From an uncultured Nitrospiraceae bacterium (GTDB lineage Bacteria; Nitrospirota; Nitrospiria; Nitrospirales; Nitrospiraceae), in assembly GCA_963706325.1 (NCBI GenBank), contig CAVPLT010000004.1, positions 256,001 through 320,000 of the forward strand: a DNA stretch of 64,000 bases, in the 5' to 3' direction. A program made the position numbers and the translations under genes. The notes beneath the pieces were generated by a model, which was not told the DNA's origin, did no database searches, and saw nothing but the letters and a program-made list of their open reading frames with translations. Below are positions 1-10,849 of the stretch, piece after piece (the first letter of the stretch is position 1; each line of letters begins with the position of its first letter).

Positions 1-708
1 AGCGCGCTCGACATTGGCGGCGTAGGTGCCAGTCTCGCTGTAGACGATAGTTTCTTCGCCAGTGTCGGAAAGCACCATGAACTCATGCGACGAGGTACCT
101 CCGATTAGCCCGGTGTCGGCTTCTACCGGGCGAAAGGTGAGGCCGCAGCGTGTGAAAATGCGGTTGTATGCATCGTACATTTTTTGATAGTTCAGCCTGG
201 CTCCGGCCTCGTCCTTGTCGAAGCTGTAGGCATCTTTCATGATGAATTCACGCCCGCGCATCAGTCCGAAGCGAGGGCGGATTTCGTCACGGAATTTTGT
301 CTGGATCTGATAAAAGTTCATCGGCAATTGCCGGTAGGAGCGGACTTCCCGCCGAAAGAGATCGGTGATCACTTCCTCGTGTGTCGGTCCCAGACAGAAA
401 TCGCGCTCGTGCCGATCCTTGAATCGAAGCAGTTCTTTGCCGTAAAAGTCCCAGCGTCCCGTTTCACGCCACAGTTCAGCCGGAGAAGCGACCGGCATCA
501 GCAACTCTTGGGCGCCGGCGCGGTTCATTTCTTCACGGACGATGCGTTCGATTTTGCGAAGAACTCGCAGGCCCAGGGGGAGGTAGATGTAAATCCCGGC
601 TGCGACTTTTCGAATCATCCCCGCGCGCAGCATGAGACGATGGCTGACAGTTTCAGCTTCGCCTGGGTCTTCGCGCAATGTGGGAATGAGGGTTTGGGTG
701 ACGCGCAT
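1..708 (-). CDS. proS: Prolyl-tRNA synthetase, 5' part (runs off the window start)
   Basis: Manual translation from ATG at 708 gives [40 protein letters not shown], with motif-2 [17 protein letters not shown]. Absent from the ORF track because it is truncated. Confidence 0.96.
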   Translation of the reverse strand, partial: MRVTQTLIPTLREDPGEAETVSHRLMLRAGMIRKVAAGIYIYLPLGLRVLRKIERIVREEMNRAGAQELLMPVASPAELWRETGRWDFYGKELLRFKDRHERDFCLGPTHEEVITDLFRREVRSYRQLPMNFYQIQTKFRDEIRPRFGLMRGREFIMKDAYSFDKDEAGARLNYQKMYDAYNRIFTRCGLTFRPVEADTGLIGGTSSHEFMVLSDTGEETIVYSETGTYAANVERA

Positions 709-713
709 GCGGA

Positions 714-2105
714 TTACGGAGAAATCAATCGCTCGATATCATTCCAAAAGGCAAAAATCATGATGCCCACGAGCAGAACCAGGCCGACTTGTTGCGCTAG
801 CTCTCGTTGGCGATCCTCCAAAGGTTTCCGCCGGATAGCTTCGATAAAGAAAAACATCAAGTGGCCGCCGTCCAAAATAGGAATAGGCAGGAGATTGAGC
901 ACACCTAGATTAATGCTGAGCATGGCCATGAGGAACACCAAACTGGAGGCCCCTTGTTCAGCTGCGTCCCCGGCGGTTTTGGCGATCGTGAGCGGTCCAC
1001 CGATATTCTTGCGAGAAATATCCCCCGTGATAATCTTATAAATTCCCACCACTGTCAGTTCGGTCCACCCCCAGGTGGCTTTCGCCCCAAGCCATGGCGC
1101 TTTGAGGGGATCGTTGGTTTGGAGAATGGTCTGGTTCTGAGCCGAAATGCCGATCTTCCCGATTTCAATCGGTTTCCCATCCACTGTGGTTTTTTCACCT
1201 AGGGGAGTAACAGAAAATGATTGGTCCGCGCCGCTGCGTTGAATATCAAACTGAAGCGTCTTGTTAGGGTTTTCTCGCACCAGGGACGTCATCTGAGACC
1301 AGGTGAAGATATCATGCCCGTCGATGCGGACGACCCGATCACCCGCCGAGAGTCCGGCGGCCTGTGCGCGCGATCCTGGTATCACCGCAGTAATGACAGG
1401 CGCCCGCTCTTCGATACCAAGTTGATAGACACTGACGGCTTTGCCGTTGTCCTGTAACGTCGTTTTGCTCGGGGTCACGAGCACCGTCTTGACGTGTTCT
1501 CCGCGCGTAAGGTCCAGCGTGAGCTGTTTACCGTTGCTTTGGGAGATGTATTTTAGGAGTTCGGCACTCGTCGAAATTTCTTTTTCGTTGACTCGAAGAA
1601 CACGGTCGCCCGGCTTCAACCCCGCCTGGTCGGCTGGGGACCCTGGCAGCACAGCTTCAACCTCGGGGATGATGTCCTTGAAGCTAGGGACCGGTAAGGT
1701 ATATCCCAAACCGATGTAGACCGTATAAATAAGGTAGGCCAGAATGAAATTGAAAATAGGTCCGGCTGCGACGATCAGCGTCTTTCCCCAGAGAGACTGA
1801 TGGGCAAACGCACGTTTTTTGTCATCCGGTGTGATCGTTTCCTGTTCGTCCTCTCCAAAGAGCTTGACGTAGCCCCCCAGAGGCACCGCGGATAACAGAT
1901 ACTCGGTTTCTCCGACCTGCCGCCCAAAAATCTTCGGCCCGAAGCCGAGGGAAAACTTCAAGACTTTGACCCCGACCCAGCGTGCGGCCAGAAAATGGCC
2001 CATTTCATGGAAGGCGACGAGGACGCCCAGCACGACGAGGAACGGAAGCGCCCAATGGGTCAGAAGCGAGACGAAATCAGGTGACCAGGCAAAGGCTGTT
2101 CCCAC
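714..2105 (-). CDS. rseP: RIP metalloprotease RseP (M50) with two PDZ domains
   Basis: HEMGH (HExxH), [12 protein letters not shown], two PDZ repeats; dxr-rseP-proS order. Confidence 0.96.
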   Translation of the reverse strand: MGTAFAWSPDFVSLLTHWALPFLVVLGVLVAFHEMGHFLAARWVGVKVLKFSLGFGPKIFGRQVGETEYLLSAVPLGGYVKLFGEDEQETITPDDKKRAFAHQSLWGKTLIVAAGPIFNFILAYLIYTVYIGLGYTLPVPSFKDIIPEVEAVLPGSPADQAGLKPGDRVLRVNEKEISTSAELLKYISQSNGKQLTLDLTRGEHVKTVLVTPSKTTLQDNGKAVSVYQLGIEERAPVITAVIPGSRAQAAGLSAGDRVVRIDGHDIFTWSQMTSLVRENPNKTLQFDIQRSGADQSFSVTPLGEKTTVDGKPIEIGKIGISAQNQTILQTNDPLKAPWLGAKATWGWTELTVVGIYKIITGDISRKNIGGPLTIAKTAGDAAEQGASSLVFLMAMLSINLGVLNLLPIPILDGGHLMFFFIEAIRRKPLEDRQRELAQQVGLVLLVGIMIFAFWNDIERLISP

Positions 2106-2130
2106 AACAACACTCCTTGGGTTCAGAATA

Positions 2131-3291
2131 TTACTGCGTCAGGGCATGCACGAGGGACCCGGCTTTTTCGCGAGCCCAGCGATCAGCCTCCAACGCATCA
2201 TCTAAGCCGTCAATCTGCCGCGGCGTATGTGCTTCCATTGTACTCCGAATGACCTCCGGAATATCGAGAAAACGAATTCCGCTCTGAAGAAATGCCTCAA
2301 CGGCCACTTCATTGGCCGCGTTCATCGTTGCCGGCATGGTTCCGCCGGTCTGCAGTGCGTCATATCCCAACTGCAAACAGGGGAACCGGTCGTGATCCGG
2401 TTTGAAAAACGTGAGCTTGCTGATTTCGGCCAGGTCCAGCGACGGTAATTCCAACGGCATTCGTTCAGGATAACGCATGGCGTAGGAAATCGGGGTGCGC
2501 ATGTCGGGTAACCCAAGCTGAGCGATTACCGACCGGTCGGTGTATTCGACCAGAGAATGGATAATGCTCTCGCGATGGATCAGTACTTCGATTTGACTGT
2601 CCGGAATGTCAAAAAGCCAGCGCGCTTCAATGACCTCCAGCCCTTTGTTCATCAGCGTGGCTGAGTCGATGGTAATCTTCGAGCCCATTTTCCAGTTCGG
2701 ATGTTGCAGCGCCCGTTCAGGGCCGACGTCCTGCAATTGTTCGCGCGTGAAATCCCAGAGGGGACCTCCCGAGGCGGTGAGGATCACGCGTTTGACATCT
2801 TCACGCCGGTGGCCTTCGAGCGATTGGAAAATAGCGCTATGCTCACTGTCGACCGGAAAAATGCGGACGTGATGCTTCTTAGCTTCGGCTTGCATCAGTG
2901 CCCCCGCCATGACCATCGGCTCTTTATTGGCGAGAGCGATCTGCTTTCCGGCGCGAATGGCGGCCAACGTTGGGACTAGCCCTGCGCCGCCGACAATAGC
3001 CGACACGATCAATTCAGCGTCCGGCGATTGTGCGACCTGCGCGACGCCGTCGTTTCCCGAGAGAATGCGGACGGGCAGATCACTACATCGTTGACGCAGC
3101 CTTGCCGCTGCGGACTCGCTGGCGAGCGCCGCGTAGGTCGGTCGAAATCGTCGAATCTGCGCTTCGAGTTTGTCATCGTTTGCGCCGGCGGTCATGCCAA
3201 TGACTCGAAAGTCTTGCGGAAACCGATCCACAATATCGAGGGTGTTGGTTCCGATCGAGCCGGTCGATCCTAAAATGACGATATTCTTCAT
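2131..3291 (-). CDS. dxr: 1-deoxy-D-xylulose-5-phosphate reductoisomerase
   Basis: ILGSTGSIG, LANKE, PVDSEHSAIFQ, HPNWKMGSKITIDSATLMNKGLE. Confidence 0.98.
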   Translation of the reverse strand: MKNIVILGSTGSIGTNTLDIVDRFPQDFRVIGMTAGANDDKLEAQIRRFRPTYAALASESAAARLRQRCSDLPVRILSGNDGVAQVAQSPDAELIVSAIVGGAGLVPTLAAIRAGKQIALANKEPMVMAGALMQAEAKKHHVRIFPVDSEHSAIFQSLEGHRREDVKRVILTASGGPLWDFTREQLQDVGPERALQHPNWKMGSKITIDSATLMNKGLEVIEARWLFDIPDSQIEVLIHRESIIHSLVEYTDRSVIAQLGLPDMRTPISYAMRYPERMPLELPSLDLAEISKLTFFKPDHDRFPCLQLGYDALQTGGTMPATMNAANEVAVEAFLQSGIRFLDIPEVIRSTMEAHTPRQIDGLDDALEADRWAREKAGSLVHALTQ

Positions 3292-3323
3292 GGCATGCTC
3301 CCGAGCAAGCGGACAGTTATCCG

Positions 3324-4172
3324 TTATACATGATGGGTGATGGTGACATAGTAGTAAAAGGCCGGGCCCGTGAACAAGAGGCTATCCAGTCGGTCCAGCA
3401 TGCCTCCGTGTCCGGGAATCAGCGCGCCGGAGTCTTTGAAGCCCGCACTTCGCTTAATGGCGGATTCCGCAAGGTCACCCATGAGTCCAACTATGGTGAG
3501 GATCACGGCCAGCGCGATGCAATCCATGAACGAAAACTCCGGGAGAAACCAGCCCCGCGCCACGAGGGCCGTGACGCAAGCGAGGGTCAAGCCGCCGGCC
3601 AAACCCTCATACGTTTTTTTGTGACTGATCACCGGCGCGAGCGCGTGCCGTCCGAGGGATTTTCCGACGATATAGGCGCCTGTATCACCTGCCCAGGTCA
3701 CGAGAAATAAGAAGAATATGAGCTGCGTTCCCTCAGGCAAACCCCTGATTAGCAGAAGGTAGCTGAGGGTCAAGCCGATATAAAGCACGCCCATCACCAA
3801 GACCAAGCCATCCCTGAGTGCGTCCCGCGTCGGTTTTGCGGACAACATCGGAATGCAAAGCGCGATGACAACGGTGCTGAGGAGCACGACGCGATCGGGC
3901 AGGAGAGTGGGCCACTGTATACTGCCCAATAAGCAGGCGGTGGTTGCCACACCCACCCAGCTCCACCAAGGCCATGGAGCCTGTCCCAGATGGAGCCGGT
4001 AAAATTCGCCCACCGCCAGCATCGCGGCAACCGCGACCAGACCGAAGAATGCCAGCGGTCCGAAATCGTGCACTAAAACATAAAATAGAGGAAGAAAGAC
4101 GACGGCGGCGAGGACGCGACGAAGGATTTCCGATGATGAACGTGGTCGTGCGGCCTCCAGCGGTTTCGGCAT
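3324..4172 (-). CDS. cdsA: Phosphatidate cytidylyltransferase (start may extend to 4274)
   Basis: WAGDTGAY, ISHKKTYEG, DLAESAIKR...KDSGALIPGHGGMLDRLDS; multiple TM segments. Confidence 0.93.
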   Translation of the reverse strand: MPKPLEAARPRSSSEILRRVLAAVVFLPLFYVLVHDFGPLAFFGLVAVAAMLAVGEFYRLHLGQAPWPWWSWVGVATTACLLGSIQWPTLLPDRVVLLSTVVIALCIPMLSAKPTRDALRDGLVLVMGVLYIGLTLSYLLLIRGLPEGTQLIFFLFLVTWAGDTGAYIVGKSLGRHALAPVISHKKTYEGLAGGLTLACVTALVARGWFLPEFSFMDCIALAVILTIVGLMGDLAESAIKRSAGFKDSGALIPGHGGMLDRLDSLLFTGPAFYYYVTITHHV

Positions 4173-4215
4173 CCTGTCCTCGCACTGGGAAGCTCCCGGT
4201 TTCACCACGAAGAGT

Positions 4216-5001
4216 TTAGGAGGAGACGCTGCTGAACACTCGACCGAACCGGCGCTCTCGCCGCTGGTATTCAATCAACGCAACCAACGTTTCGCGTCGA
4301 CGGAAGTCCGGCCATAGTGTTGGGGTGAAGTAGAGTTCCGTATAGGCCAGTTGCCACAACAGAAAGTTGCTGATACGGGTTTCGCCGCTCGTGCGAATTA
4401 AGAGGTCCGGATCGGGGAGATCGTGAGTATAGAGGGCCTGTTGCACTGTACATTCATCAATGTGCTCGACCGATAATCGCCCGTCTTGAACGGCTCGGGC
4501 CAGATTCTTGGCGGCGTCGACCAGTTCCGCCCGGCCACCGTAACTCAAGGCGACATTGAGGATCAATTTATCCTGGTGGGCCGTGTCCCGCTCGGTGGTC
4601 CTCACCCACTGCAGGGCAGACGGAGGAAGGGAGGAGACCCTGCCGATCGTTCGAAACCGTACCCCCTTTTCGACCAAGCTTGACCGTTCGGTCGAGAGGT
4701 AATGCTCCAAGAGACCCATCAGGGCGGTAATCTCCTGAGCGGGCCGGTTCCAATTTTCTTGTGAAAAGGCGTAGATCGTCACAATCTTGATGCCGAGTTC
4801 GAGCGACAGCGCGATTAATTCGCGCACCGATTTGATGCCTTCCTGGTGGCCGGCAATGCGCGGCAGTCCGCGTAACTCGGCCCATCGACCATTGCCATCC
4901 ATAATCACGGCCAAATGTTTGGGCAGGAGGTCTGGTTCGAGTTGCGAGAGCAGGTCAGAGTCAGCAGCGGGCTCGATATCGCGCGATCGAGAATCGTTCA
5001 T
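4216..5001 (-). CDS. uppS: Undecaprenyl diphosphate synthase (isoprenyl transferase)
   Basis: HLAVIMDGNGRWA, YAFSQENWNRP, IRTSGETRISNFLLWQ, RRFG. Confidence 0.97.
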   Translation of the reverse strand: MNDSRSRDIEPAADSDLLSQLEPDLLPKHLAVIMDGNGRWAELRGLPRIAGHQEGIKSVRELIALSLELGIKIVTIYAFSQENWNRPAQEITALMGLLEHYLSTERSSLVEKGVRFRTIGRVSSLPPSALQWVRTTERDTAHQDKLILNVALSYGGRAELVDAAKNLARAVQDGRLSVEHIDECTVQQALYTHDLPDPDLLIRTSGETRISNFLLWQLAYTELYFTPTLWPDFRRRETLVALIEYQRRERRFGRVFSSVSS

Positions 5002-5055
5002 GGAGCAGCGTCGGCACCTTTGTTTATTCTGTGTAGATTTCCGAGAGGTAAGGCG

Positions 5056-5084
5056 AGTCTAGCCTCGGGGTATGGGAATGTCAA
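5056..5084 (-). promoter_or_regulatory. Candidate sigma70 promoter of the uppS-cdsA-dxr-rseP-proS operon
   Basis: Minus strand TTGACA-N17-TAGACT. Confidence 0.6.
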
Positions 5085-5193
5085 ACAGTATTTCCAAATT
5101 TCGCTGTATTTGCAGATGGTTCGGGCGCCTTTACATTGCGCCTTTCGAAACGAGTGCGTTATACTCAGCGACCGCACGAGAGGAGTATTGTTT

Positions 5194-6630
5194 ATGGCTG
5201 AGAACGAGGCTGGCGCGCTGGCGCGTTTCGGGATGACTGATCGAGAAATTGAGCAGGCGCTGGGGCGGGTCAAGATATCCACAGTTGATTACGCCGACTT
5301 ATATTTTGAATATTGTCAGTCGGAGTCGGTTTCCATGGAAGAGGGGATCGTCAAGCGGGCCACAAAGAGTATCGGGCAAGGGGTCGGCGTGCGCGCGACC
5401 GTCGGCGAAAAAACAGGGTTTGCCTACTCCGATGAACTGACGTCGAAAGATCTGAACATCGCCGCCGAGACGGCGCGATATATTGCTGATTCAGGCCAGA
5501 GTACCGCACCAGTTCCCGTGACGCATCGGCCTTCCTTGGCACGGAACCTGTATCCCCACGATCGTATCGACATCGAAGTCGCCACTCGCGATCGGGTCAT
5601 GCTGCTCAATGAGATCGATGCCGAAGCCAGACGGTGCGATCCTCGGATCAAGAACGTGATGGCCGCCTACAACACGGAGTACAAAGTGATGTTGGTTGCG
5701 ACCTCGGACGGCTATATGGTCGGAGACATCCAGCCGCTGTCGCGATTGCAGGTGACCTGCATTGCAGAAGAAAATGGGAATCGGCAGGTCGGGACGTTCG
5801 GCGGCGGCGGTCGGATCGGGCTTGGATATTTTCAACAGGATCAGCGCTACCTGCAATTCGCCAAACAAGCGGCGCGAGAAGCGATCCTCAATCTGAGTGC
5901 CGTCGATGCGCCGGCAGGCGTCATGCCGGTCGTGCTTGGAGGGGGATGGCCCGGTATTCTGCTGCACGAAGCCATCGGACATGGTCTGGAGGCCGACTTC
6001 AACCGCAAGAAGACCTCGGCCTTTTCCAATCTTCTCGGGAAGAAAGTGGCGTCCGAGGTCTGCACGATCGTCGACGATGGGACGCTTCCCTTCAGACGTG
6101 GCTCGCTGAACGTGGATGACGAAGGCACACCCACCAGCCGCACGGTGCTGATCGAGCGAGGCATTTTGCGGGGGTATATTACGGACAAATTGAATGCCCG
6201 TCTCATGAACATTCCCGTCACGGGAAACGGCCGGCGCGAGAGTTATCAGAGTGTTGTGTTGCCGCGTATGACCAATACCTTCATGCTGGCCGGCGAATCC
6301 GACCCGCAGGACATCATCAAGTCCGTGAAGAAGGGTCTCTATGCCGTGTCGTTCGGTGGCGGGCAAGTGGACATCACCAACGGCAAGTTTGTATTTTCCG
6401 CCAGCGAAGCCTACCTCATCGAAGATGGACAGATTACCAAGCCGGTAAAGGGGGCGACGTTGATTGGTAGCGGACCGGAGATCTTGAAGCAGGTCTCAAT
6501 GGTGGGGCACGACTTGAAGCTGGATGAAGGCATCGGAACCTGTGGAAAAGAAGGGCAGTCGGTGCCGGTCGGCGTCGGTCTGCCGACCATCCGCATCAAT
6601 GAAATCACCGTCGGCGGGACGAAGGCATAA
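5194..6630 (+). CDS. tldD: TldD metalloprotease subunit
   Basis: HEAIGHGLEADFNRK, GNGRRESY, PRMTNTFM, GTCGKEGQSVPVG; ATG 5194 follows AGGAG. Confidence 0.95.
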   Translation: MAENEAGALARFGMTDREIEQALGRVKISTVDYADLYFEYCQSESVSMEEGIVKRATKSIGQGVGVRATVGEKTGFAYSDELTSKDLNIAAETARYIADSGQSTAPVPVTHRPSLARNLYPHDRIDIEVATRDRVMLLNEIDAEARRCDPRIKNVMAAYNTEYKVMLVATSDGYMVGDIQPLSRLQVTCIAEENGNRQVGTFGGGGRIGLGYFQQDQRYLQFAKQAAREAILNLSAVDAPAGVMPVVLGGGWPGILLHEAIGHGLEADFNRKKTSAFSNLLGKKVASEVCTIVDDGTLPFRRGSLNVDDEGTPTSRTVLIERGILRGYITDKLNARLMNIPVTGNGRRESYQSVVLPRMTNTFMLAGESDPQDIIKSVKKGLYAVSFGGGQVDITNGKFVFSASEAYLIEDGQITKPVKGATLIGSGPEILKQVSMVGHDLKLDEGIGTCGKEGQSVPVGVGLPTIRINEITVGGTKA

Positions 6631-6631
6631 C

Positions 6632-7990
6632 ATGGCACGTGTGATCACGGAACAGGATTATTCAAGTCTCGCGCAGGATCTACTCGCGCGCGCCGCCAAA
6701 CAGGGAGCAACAGCTGCGGATGTCATGGTGGCCGACGGAGAGAATCTGTCGGTTCAGGTCAGGATGGGAGCGGTGGACCGGTTGACGAAAGCGCGCGAAA
6801 AGCGGCTGGGTCTGCGAGTGTTTTTGGGCCAACGCTCCGCCAGCGCATCGACATCCGATTTTTCCAAAGAATCCTTGGAACGCTTCGTTGGAGAGACTTG
6901 CGCACTGGCGCAGGCCGTTATCGAAGATCCCGTTTCTGGATTGCCCGACCCCGGACAGTGCGCGTCCGAGTTTCCCGAGCTGAACATTCACGATTCCACG
7001 AAACTGCAGACGGATCAGCAGATCGATCTCGCGCTTCGCACTGAACGTGCTGCATTTGCCGCCGATTCGCGGATCACGAATTCGGAGGGCGCGGATTGTG
7101 ATTCATCGTCGGGCCGGATCATATTGGCGAACAGCCATGGGTTTCACGGTCAGTATGCCAACAGTAGCTTTTCGCTCTCCGTGTCGCCTATTGCGTCGGA
7201 TGGCGCCGGCATGCAGCGGGATTACTGGTATGGCGTCGATCGATCCTTCGCAAAACTAGCGAGTCCGGAAGCCATCGGCCAGGAGGCGACCAGACGTACA
7301 GTGCGGAAGCTGGGCGCAAGGAAAGTTACCACCTGCTCCGCACCGGTGGTGTTCGACCCGGAGGTGGCGGGCGGTCTACTGGGGCATCTGTGCGGCGCAC
7401 TGTCCGGCTATGCGCTCTATAAGGGGGCATCCTTCCTCATTGGGCAATTGGGAAAGCAGATCGCCCCGGAGTTCGTGACCATTTATGATGATGGCCGAAT
7501 GCCAGGGGGCTTGGGTACACGTCCATTCGATGGCGAGGGTTTGCCGACAAGAAAACAGGCGGTTGTCGAACGTGGTCGCTTAACCAGTTACTTGCTGGAT
7601 ACCTATTCGGGCAAGAAGTTGGGCATGCCTTCAACTGGAAACGCGGCTCGCAGCATCGGAGAAAGTCCGTCGGCGGGGCCGACGAATTTTTATATGGTGC
7701 CGGGCACGACCAGACCGGAAGACATTCTGGCATCGGTGAAGCAGGGCTTGTACGTGACGGATCTCATCGGGTTTGGAATCAATATGGTGACCGGTGACTA
7801 TTCGCGGGGCGCAAGCGGATTCTGGATTGAGAACGGAGAATTGGCCTATCCCGTGGAGGAGATCACCATCGCGGGCAACCTTAAAAATATGTATGCGAAC
7901 ATTGAGACGATCGGCACGGATTTGGTGTTTCGTGGACGCGTGGCCTGCCCTACGGTAAAGCTTGCGGAGATGACCATCGCAGGGCAATAG
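6632..7990 (+). CDS. pmbA: TldE/PmbA protease subunit
   Basis: MQRDYWY, PFDGEG, TGDYSRGASGFWIENGE, EITIAGNL; no HExxxH; coupled to tldD. Confidence 0.93.
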   Translation: MARVITEQDYSSLAQDLLARAAKQGATAADVMVADGENLSVQVRMGAVDRLTKAREKRLGLRVFLGQRSASASTSDFSKESLERFVGETCALAQAVIEDPVSGLPDPGQCASEFPELNIHDSTKLQTDQQIDLALRTERAAFAADSRITNSEGADCDSSSGRIILANSHGFHGQYANSSFSLSVSPIASDGAGMQRDYWYGVDRSFAKLASPEAIGQEATRRTVRKLGARKVTTCSAPVVFDPEVAGGLLGHLCGALSGYALYKGASFLIGQLGKQIAPEFVTIYDDGRMPGGLGTRPFDGEGLPTRKQAVVERGRLTSYLLDTYSGKKLGMPSTGNAARSIGESPSAGPTNFYMVPGTTRPEDILASVKQGLYVTDLIGFGINMVTGDYSRGASGFWIENGELAYPVEEITIAGNLKNMYANIETIGTDLVFRGRVACPTVKLAEMTIAGQ

Positions 7991-8210
7991 TCCGCCGGTT
8001 TTTTCATGTTGATGCTCATGGCGAATATTTGCAAGAACCATGGTCCAAGATCGCGAAAGCGAGGGATGCCTGGGAGCAGACCACACGGTTCGACCGGCAT
8101 CTTGTCTGAGAACTTCCGGTACCGACCCAACGGACGCGAGATCGGCTTGACACGGAAGCACATCGGGATACAAAAGCGTTTCACGCAACCTACACAACGC
8201 GAGAGGGACC

Positions 8211-8678
8211 ATGGCACTTGATACGGAATTCGGCAAGACGATGCTCCAACTGATTACGTCACGGTATGACGACCGGCATTGGAGAAAGAAAATCGAGAAG
8301 ACGCTCAGCCTTCCACACAGCGGGGTAGGAGATTCGCGCCAGCAACAGGTGTTCATGTATCTGAAGCTGGAACTCAAGGCGTACAAGTCCAGACGCGCCG
8401 ATCCTGACTCTTGGATTTTGGGGGGCTATGCCACCAAGGAAGTGATCGATCGGGCGAAGTTTCAGCCGCATCTGGTCGGAGAAGGCATTTCGTCCGAGGA
8501 TGTGGCATTTCTGGGCGTCGATCCTGGTGCAGAAATTGATGAAGCTTGGTGGGACGAAATGTTGGTGGCTTGGTTCGGGGCTCCCGAGGAGGATGAAGAG
8601 CAAAAGCAAGAATCCGAGGAGACAGCTGACGAACAACCTTTCACCGCCGACGCCGGAAACAATCCCTCCCGCATCTGA
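8211..8678 (+). CDS. Hypothetical protein with acidic C-terminal tail
   Basis: 155-aa ORF with GAGG SD-like signal; no family recognised. Confidence 0.75.
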   Translation: MALDTEFGKTMLQLITSRYDDRHWRKKIEKTLSLPHSGVGDSRQQQVFMYLKLELKAYKSRRADPDSWILGGYATKEVIDRAKFQPHLVGEGISSEDVAFLGVDPGAEIDEAWWDEMLVAWFGAPEEDEEQKQESEETADEQPFTADAGNNPSRI

Positions 8679-8746
8679 CGATACCTCACCGCCGGTCTGG
8701 CAGCCTCGCTCCGTTGAGGGGGCACTCGGATCAGGCGGTGTTTCGG

Positions 8747-9418
8747 CTACGACCCAAACAAATCCATTTGTTGTGCAGTTGAGGCGGGGAGATCGACCTG
8801 GGGCGTACGGACGGCGCTGACGGACGCGTTCTGCGGCGTCGCGGCACTTTGACTGTGTCGGTCGAGAAATTCCTTCAGCTTCTCGAAGTCTTCACGCAAG
8901 GGCTGAAGCATGCTTCCTTGGTGCAAGGCGGCGGCAGGGTGAAGCAGTGGAAAGAGCACGAACTCTTTCAGATAAAAGGCCTGTCCGCGCACTCTAGTGA
9001 TGCCTACTTTGCGCTCCAAGAGGGTTTGTGTCGCCCAGTTCCCCAACGAACAGACCAGTTTGGGTTTGATCATGCCGATCTGCTGCATCAGAAAAGGTTT
9101 GCAGGTTTCGACTTCCTGCGGTTCGGGATCGCGATTGTTTGGCGGTCGACATTTGATGACGTTGGCAATGTAGATGTCAGCACGAGACAGCCCCACCGAC
9201 TGCAATAATTCGTCGAGCAATTGCCCGGCGGCCCCCACGAACGGTTCTCCTTTTTTGTCTTCGTGAAATCCTGGAGCTTCTCCCACAAACATCACGGATG
9301 CGTGTGGACTGCCGACGCCGAAGACCACTTGGCTCCGACCCAGCTTCGCGAGCGGACAGCGTTGACAATTGTGCAGCGAGTCGGCGAGTTCCTGGAGGGG
9401 GCCTAGGGGATGAGACAT
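8747..9418 (-). CDS. Uracil-DNA glycosylase, family 4 (Fe-S)
   Basis: CxxC (CQRC), [27 protein letters not shown]. Confidence 0.95.
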   Translation of the reverse strand: MSHPLGPLQELADSLHNCQRCPLAKLGRSQVVFGVGSPHASVMFVGEAPGFHEDKKGEPFVGAAGQLLDELLQSVGLSRADIYIANVIKCRPPNNRDPEPQEVETCKPFLMQQIGMIKPKLVCSLGNWATQTLLERKVGITRVRGQAFYLKEFVLFPLLHPAAALHQGSMLQPLREDFEKLKEFLDRHSQSAATPQNASVSAVRTPQVDLPASTAQQMDLFGS

Positions 9419-9445
9419 GAGGCGTACCGTTAAATGGTAGACGGA

Positions 9446-9474
9446 ATCTTAGTCGCGGCCAAATGCCTTGTCAA
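9446..9474 (-). promoter_or_regulatory. Candidate sigma70 promoter of the UDG gene
   Basis: Minus strand TTGACA-N17-TAAGAT. Confidence 0.6.
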
Positions 9475-9532
9475 TGTCTCAAGAAGCCCAGGGTGCTCGG
9501 CCTAGCTGGAACGGGCTGCGGGTGAAACAGGT

Positions 9533-10849
9533 TTAAAGGGCAGGTGTGTGAGCCTGAATCGCCTGGGCGCATCGTTCGCCACTGACAATAGCTGATTCCA
9601 GATTAGCCGGCCAACCGGTATCAGTCCAATCGCCCGCTACGTAGAGGTTGAGGAAAGGACTGCTCGGCAAGGGCCGACACTGTTGTGTCCCTGGTAGAAG
9701 CATGAGACACGCGTGGGGTTGTCTCACAACATCAGATTCAATGACGTGGCGAGTCGAGGTGGTGGGGAAGGCCGCATTCATGTCTGCTAAGGCGAGGCTC
9801 GTGAGCCCTTCGTCCGACTGCGCGAGGAGATCCTCGGCATCCACCGCGATGACCCACACGACTGATGCCCGTTCGTGCAGTTCTTCATCCTGATGCCGGA
9901 TTATCCAATGAAACGTATGATGTTCGAGCAGGACGAGCTGCGCCTGTTCTATTTCCTCATCGAGGTGCAGACGCACGATCATTAACGGCGACTCCCTGAG
10001 GCGGCTGAGTTGCTGAAAATAGGCATAATGAGTCACGACTCGCTCCGGCAACAGAGGCGTCAGAAGACGGCGGGGCAACGCAGCAACGTACCAGTCGGCG
10101 GTCAGCCTGGTGCGGTCGGCCAATTCGACTTGCGTGACGCGATCCCGATCGAAGTGCAGCTGGGTCGCTTCCATATTCAGCCTGAACTGGATGCCCATCG
10201 CCTCAAGCCGCGCTTTAAGCGGGGCGAGAAGAAACGAATTGAGGCCGCAGGACGGGAGAATGAGTTTCGTCGCTTTGGCGCCCGTCAAAAAACAGCGGCG
10301 CAGGGTTCGCATAAAGATACCGGCCGACACCTGCGGGAGCGCGGCTCCCAGCAATAGTCGGGCCAGGCTGTCCCACACTCCGCGTCTGGCATTCTCGGAC
10401 TGACCAATGCTGGCGAGCCATTCGTCCGCCAGGCGAAGGTCGAGATCGTTCGGCAACGGCGGATCTTGCTCCCACGTGCGCTCCATGAAAGACAGGAGAT
10501 GCCAGCGATCTCGCATCGACAGGCCTTGAAAAAGCGTCGTGCCGAGCAGGGTGTTGAGCGGGGAAGGCAGGGGCAGGTGTAGAAACTGGGTGTGGGTGCC
10601 GGTCGACTGCAGAAATTCGAGAGGCGTATGACGATACCGCCGGGTCAGAGTTTCCTTACCGAGACTGCCGAGCAACGACCACGTGGCGCGGTGCGCTTCA
10701 AGGAGAAGCGGCGGGGGCGCCTGACAGAGGCGGCCTCCGATTGCGTCTCCCTGGTCGATTACCGTGACGGAGTGGCCGCTTGTGCCCAAATGCAGCGCCG
10801 CCGTCAGACCGGCGATCCCGCCGCCAAGGATGAGCACCGTCCCGCTCAT
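9533..10849 (-). CDS. hpnE: HpnE-like FAD-dependent hydroxysqualene dehydroxylase
   Basis: ILGGGIAGL, AGDWTDTGWPANLESAIVSG; ATGA overlap with hpnD. Confidence 0.8.
   Translation of the reverse strand: MSGTVLILGGGIAGLTAALHLGTSGHSVTVIDQGDAIGGRLCQAPPPLLLEAHRATWSLLGSLGKETLTRRYRHTPLEFLQSTGTHTQFLHLPLPSPLNTLLGTTLFQGLSMRDRWHLLSFMERTWEQDPPLPNDLDLRLADEWLASIGQSENARRGVWDSLARLLLGAALPQVSAGIFMRTLRRCFLTGAKATKLILPSCGLNSFLLAPLKARLEAMGIQFRLNMEATQLHFDRDRVTQVELADRTRLTADWYVAALPRRLLTPLLPERVVTHYAYFQQLSRLRESPLMIVRLHLDEEIEQAQLVLLEHHTFHWIIRHQDEELHERASVVWVIAVDAEDLLAQSDEGLTSLALADMNAAFPTTSTRHVIESDVVRQPHACLMLLPGTQQCRPLPSSPFLNLYVAGDWTDTGWPANLESAIVSGERCAQAIQAHTPAL

Noticed and set aside
184..1041. 285-aa plus-strand ORF
   Set aside because: Antisense shadow of proS and rseP.
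4915..5193. 93-aa N-terminal extension of TldD in the ORF track
   Set aside because: It overlaps divergent uppS and its promoter, and the SD-supported ATG is at 5194.
5491..6366. 291-aa minus-strand ORF and many similar overlapping ORFs across the window
   Set aside because: Antisense or alternate-frame shadows typical of GC-rich coding DNA, with no motifs.
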